Source: a virus. From it: 64,000 nt of DNA. Shown one piece after another: positions 8,493-16,500 of the stretch; the stretch's first letter is position 1, and the number at the start of each line of letters is the position of its first letter. The position numbers were made by a program, and so were the translations under genes. Location: IMG/VR virus record IMGVR_UViG_3300048914_000231, positions 32,001 to 96,000 of that record; one strand, given 5' to 3'. The notes under the pieces are model-generated. The model had not been told where the DNA came from and ran no database searches. It saw nothing but the letters and a program-made list of their open reading frames with translations.

Positions 8493-10480
8493 CAGACCAC
8501 CTTCAGTTCCGGATCGATGAACGTACCCAGCGTGGCATTGGCCACCGAGGCGTGCAGCCTGATGTAGATCGACACTTCGCAGCCGTTGGCCATGTCCGGG
8601 CAGAACAGGCTGATCTGCTTCTTGGCGAACGTCTGACCGCTGTAGGACACGGCACCGCCAGCTTCACTCGACCAGACGGTCGTGGTGTCCGGGGTGAGGG
8701 CGGTATTGCCCGTGACGTCCAGCGAATCGACATAACGGATACCGCCCGTGCTGTCGAGGTAGGTCGCCATGAAGCTGATGTCGGCCATCGTCCACGACAG
8801 GGTTGATTCCACCGCAAAATTCAGCGTGACCGTACGGTCACCGGTGGCCAGCGTGTTCACCTTGTTGATGGTGGGGAGCTCGAAAGGCGAGGCCCGGCTC
8901 AGCATGAGGTTGTACGTGGCGGGGATCGCGTAAATGACCCATGGCGTCACGCCATCCAGCAGGCGGGCCGATGCGGTCGGGTAACCCTTGGCCGAATTCC
9001 ATTCGCAAAAGCCGTTGCGGCGGTCGATCAGAAAATCGCGATAACCGTACTTCGATTCGGCCGTATAGCTGTCGGCTGCCATCGTCGTATTACCGGCGCC
9101 ACCCAGGGCCACGTTGGGTCCGCGATCCTTGATGGCGCCGAAATCGCAATTACGGAACGACACGTCGCCGCCCGAGGAGATGTTACCGCTTGTCATCAGG
9201 CGGCAGGTGCTGATGAAGCCGATGAACTTGCAGTCCGTGTAACGTGCCAACACCGGATTGCCGCCACTGGAAGGGGCAAGAATCGGGCTGATCGCATTGG
9301 TGCAGTCGTTGACGACGAATTCGTGCGCTTCCAGGCTGTAGTTACACGATCCGTTAATGGACGAGGTGACAAAGCCACCCATGCTGTTGTTGTCTTTTGC
9401 CCATACCTGGCGACAGCCGATCATGCGGGTGCGAACCTGGAGGGAGCCCGAGGTTGCCAGCTTGAGGGCGTTGATTGCCGTCGAGGTCTGGGAGTTGCCA
9501 GGGGCATCCATCAAAAGATTTTCCCATGTCATTGGGGTATTACCGATGGCGATGACAAATCCGGCAAGGCTGGTGGATGTGGCGGATGCTTCCATGACCA
9601 GATTGCGCTGGCTGGAACTGTAGCGTTTGGACTTGATGTGGCAGAAAGTGGTGCCCAGCCCCTGGAAAGTGATGTTGCTATTGCTGGTCCAGGTACAGGC
9701 GATTTTGAAAACCGGACTGCTGCCGTCGGCGGGCCAGGTTGTGCCATCATCGATTTCAAAGAGGACCGGCTGCGTGGCCGAACCCATGGCGGCGAACGTG
9801 ATGGTGGTGTTGCTGTTGGTGGCGAACTGAAGCGTCTTGCTGGCGCGGACCCTGATGCGGTCGCCCAGATCCATCACGCCGGCGATGGGCTTGTTGGTGC
9901 CCCAGCAGCCGTACTGGCCAATACTCCAGTTGGATTTGCCAAACGTGGCCAGGTGGTTCACGAGGTAGCCCCATGCGCCACCGGCACCGCCGGAAAACTG
10001 CGCATTGAGCTGGCTGCCACCGGTGAGGCCAGTAGAGGTCACGGCAAAGAACGACGTGCCGTTGAAGGCTGCCGACCCTGCGCGCGTCTGGATGTTCAGC
10101 GTGGCGCCGCTGGAAGTCGCATACAGGATGTCCTGCAGTTTGCAGGCGGTCCAGCCCAGCAACGGGTTGGATGCCCCGATTACCGTGATCAGGTTGGTAT
10201 TCGCCGTCTGAATGATGGCAGCGGCCAGGTTGGCCGCAAGGGTTGAGCCGCTGCCCGCGTTGAACTGGTTGGCGCCGGCGCCGGAAGCCACGCAGGTCAG
10301 CTGGGCGCCGGCGATCGTGACGGTATTGCCAGCGGCAGCCGTGTAACCGGTCAGGTCGATGGAGCAGGTGGCGATGGTCGCCGCGCCGCTGGAGGTGCCG
10401 TCACCATCCTGGCACACGCCGGCGCCAGGTGTAGCGCTCCAGGCCGCATACAGGCCGTGATCGAGATATTTAGTAGCCAT
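8492..10480 (-). CDS. Putative tailspike/fibre receptor-binding protein
   Basis: 662 aa, beta-helix-like central part with visibly lower GC. Confidence 0.55.
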   Translation of the reverse strand: MATKYLDHGLYAAWSATPGAGVCQDGDGTSSGAATIATCSIDLTGYTAAAGNTVTIAGAQLTCVASGAGANQFNAGSGSTLAANLAAAIIQTANTNLITVIGASNPLLGWTACKLQDILYATSSGATLNIQTRAGSAAFNGTSFFAVTSTGLTGGSQLNAQFSGGAGGAWGYLVNHLATFGKSNWSIGQYGCWGTNKPIAGVMDLGDRIRVRASKTLQFATNSNTTITFAAMGSATQPVLFEIDDGTTWPADGSSPVFKIACTWTSNSNITFQGLGTTFCHIKSKRYSSSQRNLVMEASATSTSLAGFVIAIGNTPMTWENLLMDAPGNSQTSTAINALKLATSGSLQVRTRMIGCRQVWAKDNNSMGGFVTSSINGSCNYSLEAHEFVVNDCTNAISPILAPSSGGNPVLARYTDCKFIGFISTCRLMTSGNISSGGDVSFRNCDFGAIKDRGPNVALGGAGNTTMAADSYTAESKYGYRDFLIDRRNGFCEWNSAKGYPTASARLLDGVTPWVIYAIPATYNLMLSRASPFELPTINKVNTLATGDRTVTLNFAVESTLSWTMADISFMATYLDSTGGIRYVDSLDVTGNTALTPDTTTVWSSEAGGAVSYSGQTFAKKQISLFCPDMANGCEVSIYIRLHASVANATLGTFIDPELKVV

Positions 10481-10916
10481 TGTTGATTGCCGCTCCGTAG
10501 TTGACCATCAGGGCGACCTGTTCCATGTGTGCCGCTGGGGTTTCGAGAATGCCCGCCTTCAGTTCGGGCGTGCACAGTCCTTTGGAAATCAGCAGGTCGA
10601 TCGCACTGGCCACGTCGGCCCGGCGCAGGTCGACCCACTTCCTGGATTGCACATCACGGACCACGGCCACCACCAGTGGATCGGTGGAGGCCAGAATCCC
10701 GATTTTCCTGGTGTCGAAGCGATCAAAGAATGGCCCGATGTCCATCAGCCACTTGGTTGCCAGGTCTCCCGGCTGCGGCAGTGTCGGATTCAGCTGGTCC
10801 TGCGCGACATGGTCATACTGGTCGAGCGGATAGAGTTCGGTATTGGACACATGCAGGGCGCCATAGGCATACACGTCCCTGCCGGTGGCTTTGTCGAAAA
10901 CAAGGTAGGTGGTCAT
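10470..10916 (-). CDS. Hypothetical protein (fibre chaperone-like)
   Basis: Start re-called at MTTYLVF; coupled to fibre gene. Confidence 0.5.
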   Translation of the reverse strand: MTTYLVFDKATGRDVYAYGALHVSNTELYPLDQYDHVAQDQLNPTLPQPGDLATKWLMDIGPFFDRFDTRKIGILASTDPLVVAVVRDVQSRKWVDLRRADVASAIDLLISKGLCTPELKAGILETPAAHMEQVALMVNYGAAINNGY

Positions 10917-10918
10917 GC

Positions 10919-11302
10919 TTACTCGTAGGTATAGGTGACACGGTCGGTCCAGGCGTACGCGAACGCACCGCCGCCGACCCATGTGGTTACGACGTCGACG
11001 GCGCCGATAATGGTTTTGCTGATGCGCCAGACCGGGCTGGCGTCGTCGCTGCCCGACGCGGCCCAGCCCTTGTAGACCGAGACGTCACCGGACATGTCGA
11101 CGCGGCGCGCATACACGGTGTCGGCTGCCGGGGGACCGGGCGGGCCCTGCGTGCCCACTTCGATGATGTCGACGTCGACGTTCTCGACCACCAGTGTGGC
11201 ACTCTCTACCGTGTCGGTAATCGTGTCTGCGCCCGTGCCTTCCACCAGTACCGACGTCTCGTTTTGCACTTCGAGAAGGATGATTTGCGGCTCCGGCATC
11301 AC
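10919..11302 (-). CDS. Hypothetical structural protein
   Basis: GTQGPPGPP collagen-like stub; WRISK...WTDR C-terminal motif. Confidence 0.55.
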   Translation of the reverse strand: MMPEPQIILLEVQNETSVLVEGTGADTITDTVESATLVVENVDVDIIEVGTQGPPGPPAADTVYARRVDMSGDVSVYKGWAASGSDDASPVWRISKTIIGAVDVVTTWVGGGAFAYAWTDRVTYTYE

Positions 11303-11655
11303 GCTGCCTTTCTGGTGACGGCCGGCGACAGCTTGACGGCGCCTTCGATCAGACGGATCGCGGATTCGTCACCCACGTACAGGTACATGTCGTAGACGGC
11401 CGACTGGAACGTCAGCGCGGCGGTCTGCGCCGGCGTGAGCTTCAGCTGGATGGTGCCGGCCTTGCCGCCCAGCGTGATGCCGCCGTTTTCAGTCGACATT
11501 TCCACCAGGACCGTGCCGCCAACCTTGTCGCGCACCTGCAAAAGCGCGGTGTAGCCGGTCAGGTCGACCGCGCGCTTGTTCTTGTCACGCCACACAAGAC
11601 GCTTCGAATACTCGGCGCCTTGTTCGAACGTAAGATTGAGTTTCAAAGCTGACAT
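11299..11655 (-). CDS. Fibre-attachment/baseplate adaptor-like protein
   Basis: LTFEQGA...VDLTGYTALLQVR...YDMYL...LIEGAVKLSPAVTR pattern typical of fibre adaptor proteins; start re-called. Confidence 0.6.
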   Translation of the reverse strand: MSALKLNLTFEQGAEYSKRLVWRDKNKRAVDLTGYTALLQVRDKVGGTVLVEMSTENGGITLGGKAGTIQLKLTPAQTAALTFQSAVYDMYLYVGDESAIRLIEGAVKLSPAVTRKAA

Positions 11656-11688
11656 CGGACTGACCCTTATAGGAATCGCCCGATTATA

Positions 11689-11702
11689 TGTCAGTGCTGA
11701 CT
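11689..11702. promoter_or_regulatory. Operator copy 4
   Basis: TGTCA-GTGC-TGACT within TTGAAA-17-TATAAT. Confidence 0.8.
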
Positions 11703-11707
11703 TAGTT

Positions 11708-12247
11708 TCAAGGACGCACTTGTAGCCGAGGCGGGCCAAGTTCCTCGACCAGTTCGCCTGGCGAGAGCATGCGGTTGTGATCCAGCCAGGCCGGCGGCAC
11801 ATTCATGTTCATGCTTTTCATGTACAGGGCCGCGATTTCGTAGATGGACACGCTGCCACCCGAGCACACCACGATCTTGCGCCAGTGGATGAAGGTTTTC
11901 AGGCCCAGAAAGCAGCGCAACCCGATCACAAAGAAGGCCAGAAAGCCATAATTGATCGGATTGGCCAGCCAGTCGAAGACGGCGCGCTCGATGCAGGTGC
12001 GGTCGTCGGCGCCGGCCGGCGGGCTGCACACGTCGAAGGACTTGAACTGCGACAGCGGATGCAGCGCGTTACGGCCCGAGTTCAGGTCGGCCATGAAAAG
12101 ACGATTTGCGCACCAGACGGCCACGCCGGTATGCGTGTAAGGCTTGCGGGTAAAGAATATCGTCAGCCTGCCCAGCCAGTTGTGCACGTCGCGCACGCCG
12201 ATCAAATCGCCGGTCCGGATCTGGCTGCGCGCTTCATCGTATTTCAT
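11708..12247 (-). CDS. Permuted papain-like (NlpC/P60, YiiX/C92-type) enzyme
   Basis: GDLI...YTHTGV...Y...VVCSG...SPGEL: His precedes catalytic Cys. Confidence 0.7.
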   Translation of the reverse strand: MKYDEARSQIRTGDLIGVRDVHNWLGRLTIFFTRKPYTHTGVAVWCANRLFMADLNSGRNALHPLSQFKSFDVCSPPAGADDRTCIERAVFDWLANPINYGFLAFFVIGLRCFLGLKTFIHWRKIVVCSGGSVSIYEIAALYMKSMNMNVPPAWLDHNRMLSPGELVEELGPPRLQVRP

Positions 12248-12256
12248 GGCTTGTCC

Positions 12257-12934
12257 TTATGCGTAGGCCCGAATGAAAAACTTCCAGTTGGCGTTCGTCA
12301 GCGTGACCGCGGCGCCGGTGGTCTTGTTCAGGGCGGCCAGCGGGGTCGCCGCCGAGGTCATGCGCACCGACAGGTTGGTGGCGTCCGACGTGAGCGACAT
12401 GTCGGTGAAGATGTCGGCCGGGATCATGTCGCCCACGGCATAGCCGAATTCGGCCGTCATGCACTTGAGGTAAGCCTGCACCAGCTTGGGCGCGGCGCCC
12501 AGGCCGTGCGCCAGCGTGTACAGGGCGGCCGGCGTAACCGTCTGGTCGGCGCTCTGAAAGTACTTGGTGATCGGCAGTACGCTGTTGTCAGCAGCCGTGA
12601 GCAGGGTCTGGATGCGGTTCATGGCGGCGGTGAATACCGCGGCCGTGCCGACGTCACCCTGTGCAATGGTCGGGATCATGCCCGGGTAGGTGGCGTCGAC
12701 CGCGAACACGCCGGTCGCGGTCGGGTTCGTGGCGCCCTGGTAGTTGCCCGTCAGCGTGACCGTGGTCAGGCCGGTGCCGGCGTTGTAGGTCGAATTGATG
12801 GAGACGAAATAGGGCACCAGTTCGGTATCCACCATGAAAATGGTATTCGCCTTGATGCGCGCCGTCTGGTCGCCCGCAACCGTCACGGTCTGGGAGCCAT
12901 TCGTCACCGAACAGGTTTTCTTGATTTGTGCCAT
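12257..12934 (-). CDS. Tail fibre-related protein
   Basis: CSVTNGSQTVTVAG N-terminus; HGLGAAPKLVQ motif; start re-called. Confidence 0.6.
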   Translation of the reverse strand: MAQIKKTCSVTNGSQTVTVAGDQTARIKANTIFMVDTELVPYFVSINSTYNAGTGLTTVTLTGNYQGATNPTATGVFAVDATYPGMIPTIAQGDVGTAAVFTAAMNRIQTLLTAADNSVLPITKYFQSADQTVTPAALYTLAHGLGAAPKLVQAYLKCMTAEFGYAVGDMIPADIFTDMSLTSDATNLSVRMTSAATPLAALNKTTGAAVTLTNANWKFFIRAYA

Positions 12935-12971
12935 GTCATTACCCTGATAATGTGGCGGCCAGTCTATCATA

Positions 12972-12985
12972 AGTCATTCATGACT
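12972..12985. promoter_or_regulatory. Operator copy 5
   Basis: AGTCA-TTCA-TGACT next to TATGAT. Confidence 0.75.
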
Positions 12986-13010
12986 TATGAACTGGCGGCC
13001 GCAAAAAGAT

Positions 13011-13529
13011 TCACGCCGCCAGGATCGCCGACCTGTTCGTGACCAGAATCCACTGGCGGTGCGCCTCCCAGCTGTCCTCCCTGATCAGGCCGGCCTTGAG
13101 CAGGTTGGCGCGGTACAGCGCGGACATCACGAGACCCTCCTGGATCACCTGCGGGAAATCCGGATGTGAAGCCAGCGCCGCGGCATTCCACGCGTCGCGC
13201 GCCTGTTCCTCGCTGCAGTCCGGATTGGCCTTGACAAAATCGACCGCGGCGGCCTTGGCAGCGAAACGTTCGGTTTCCACCAGCTGCGTCACGGTCGACT
13301 TCGGTCCGAAGTCGGCGGTGATCCCGGCGCCGGAACCGGACTCCAGCGACGTGATCATGGCCTGCACTTCCGTCAGGGCGATCTGGGCGTCGCTGTTGAC
13401 GCTGTTGAGCTTTTGCACGGCCGACGCGGTGGCGTCGATCTGGCCCTGCAGATTGGATTTTTTGAGACGCGCCGCCTGCAGGCGCGCTTCGTTGGCGAGA
13501 GCTTCTTGAATTTCGGTGGTCGTGGCCAT
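13011..13529 (-). CDS. Hypothetical protein
   Basis: 172 aa, N-terminal coiled coil, AAGGA RBS. Confidence 0.6.
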   Translation of the reverse strand: MATTTEIQEALANEARLQAARLKKSNLQGQIDATASAVQKLNSVNSDAQIALTEVQAMITSLESGSGAGITADFGPKSTVTQLVETERFAAKAAAVDFVKANPDCSEEQARDAWNAAALASHPDFPQVIQEGLVMSALYRANLLKAGLIREDSWEAHRQWILVTNRSAILAA

Positions 13530-13544
13530 TGCGATTCCTTTCGG

Positions 13545-16500
13545 TTAGGGGAGCATCTTGAAGTTGTGGCAGAGCAGGCCGCCGGCAAAATAGGTGCCGG
13601 CGCCTTCAACGCGGAACGATACCACCTGACCTTGTCCGACGGCAAGGACGCTGGTCACGATCGATTCCTGCATGCCGAGAATGTGGTCGCCCGCGCGCAG
13701 GTTCTGCACGTGGACCCAGCCGCGGTCCTCGACGGCGAAGCGGTGGTTTTCGCTCCATTCGGTTGCGCGACCGTCCGCCAGCGTGACGCGGTAGCGCTGC
13801 GCCCAGATCGTGCAGCAGTCACGGATGATGCCGCCCCTGGCGATCGGCTCAAGCGTCGTGTCATTGACCGCCTGTACGACAGCGCCGTCGTGCAGGTCGC
13901 TGGCGTTGACCTCCCTGCCGCTGGCCAGGCGTACCTTGACCCACGGCGCCGGGCAGGCGCCACCACCGCCTGCGGACGTGCCGCCCGAGCCGCCGCCGGA
14001 TGAGCCCGACGTGCCGGTGATCGTCGTCGTCGACAGGTTGGCATTGACACTGGCGTTGCCGGCGAAGTCCTTGGTTGCTGACCAGCCGTACGAGTTGGCC
14101 AGGCGCACGCGCATGCAGCCGGTGAACAGGCCGTTGCTTTCCAGCTGGGTGCTGATGGTGCTGAGCGAGCCCGATCCGCTGAAGCGCCAGCCCCACGACC
14201 ACGAGCCCTGCACGATGCCACTGTCGCCGTCGTAGGTGCGCGACGGACACGGCCAGTAGAACTCGGTGAACGGGAACGTCGACGAGGTCGACTGAAACAG
14301 CTGGACGTGAATTTGCTGCATCGCGTCGAGGTTGTCGGTATAGGTGCTGTACGAGGTCGGCACCAGCTTGAAGCTGTGGTAAATCTGCTGGAAGTTGGAG
14401 TTGATCACCTGCGACGAGATAAACGAAATCGTCAGGCGGTTGATGTCCGGCGCACCGCCGCGCGTGGTGGCGTCATTGTTGCCGCGCCAGATCACCCGGC
14501 CATTGGCCTGGTTGCCGTCGATTGCCTGCACCAGGCGGAACCAGTAGTCGGAAAACGTCACGCTGCCGACCTGGAACGAGTTGTTGGCCACCTTCAGCGC
14601 CGTACCGGTCGAGGCCAGCTTGGCGCCCGCGGTCGGGTTGCCGGAACCGTCCTCGGCGTAGTTGGTGGTGCGCAGATCGGAAATCATCGCCGACTGGATT
14701 GCCGCGGACCGGATATAGGTGGAGGCATTGGCCGTGGTGATCACCGAGTCGCACCATGGCGTGACCTTGTTGCCCAGCTCCACCTTGATATTGGCAATCA
14801 CGATGTTGCCGCCGCCGGCGGCCGTCGTGAACATGCGCAGGCGGCACAGCGGCGCATTGGCGTTGGCCAGCGCCGTCTCCGTGAAGGAGTAGCGGGTCAT
14901 TGTTGTGGTAAGCGCAACCGAAATGCCGGTGCTGTCGTAATCGATGCTGTTGACGACGTCCACGTTCAGAATACGGCCGGCGGTGGTGCAGTAGGCGTCA
15001 AAACTAACGGTGTATTGAGATCCCCAGGGAATCCCCAGCGCCTGCGATTCGGCGCCGCTATAGCTCGAATCCGCGGTGGTGGCGATCCACACATACTGCC
15101 CGTCACCGAATCGCACGTCGCCGTTGCGGTTGCCGGTGGCAGTGTTGTACATCGTCATGCCGGTCGGGGCCGGGCACAGGTTCGGGTTGGTCGAAGTCTG
15201 CTGGGCCAGGCTGCTGCCGGAGGCCAGCAGCACAGTGCCATCGTCGGCCAGAATCGTGGCCGAACGCATGCTGATGGCACCAGAGGTGCCATCAATGGTG
15301 ATGGTATTCACGCCGCTGCTGTTGTAGGCGACGACGCCGTTCTTGTTCATCATCATGCCGTAGCCGCCAGTGCGTACGCCAGTCGAACTGTTGTACGTCA
15401 ACGTGCCCGCCGTGAAGCCAGCGCCGCCAGTCAGCACGTTGACCGTATTGTTGCGCATGCGCTGGGCCAGGCCGGTGGTGGGGTCATTGACGGCGCTATA
15501 CGCCTGCACACCATTCCAGTTGCTCGACAGGGGGCCAAAGCGGATGCTCTTCATCACGGCGCCAACACTGAAGAACGAACTGTCGAAGAACAGCACCTGG
15601 TTCGCCGTGGTGGAAGCGGCATCCAGGGATGTATAAAATACAACCCCGTTTTTCAGATACTTGACACTGGAGCCATCATAAACCACGGCGAAGACGTCAT
15701 TTGCCGCCCAGGTTCCACGACTGCCGCCAATCTGAGTCCCAGATTCAATGACCTTAATGGAGATTGGGTTCGTAGTGGCATCAAGGCAGAGAGACCAGTC
15801 GATCCCAGTAAAATCGACGCCCGTCAGGTCACCGGAACTATTAAGGCCGAAGGATATCGTGCTCGTGATGTCGGCTGCAACAATGGAAGCGTACGCGCCT
15901 CCCGTAAAACTGTCCCGGCTGTACACCTGTCCGTCCCAACCCGACCCGGTGCCCGTACCTTTGGTGGCGGTATTGCCGCTGACGGTAACCGAACCGGTCG
16001 CCACCAGGGCAATGTCTGCGGTCGCATTGTCGACGGGCTTGCCGGTGCCGGTGATTGCCGACCACACGTTGACGTTTGCAACCGGGATGCCGTTGATCGT
16101 GCCGGTAATGTTGCCAGTGAATGCCACACTTGTACTTGGCTGGTAGGGGTTCTCGGCCGCGAGGGACGGAACCGCGATTGTTGACATGATGACGCCCGCC
16201 GCATTGACGTCCTTGTCGACCGAGCGGTACGCGCGCACGCCGAACTTTGTGAACAGGGTGGCGCCGACGCCATACATGATGAACGCACGTTTCGCCGCAG
16301 GCAGGGTGAACACGGTTTCGGCTGCCGGCGTGGTGCCGAAGGTGTATGCGGCATTCGTAGATGCCTGATACACGTAGACCAGGAAGCCGTCGATGTCTCC
16401 CTCATTGCCCGACCATGCCCATTCGAACGAAATGTCGGCCGAGCCATCGGTGCGGATCGTGTGATCGACCGCCGTGCCATCGGCCAGGATGGTTGGCGCG

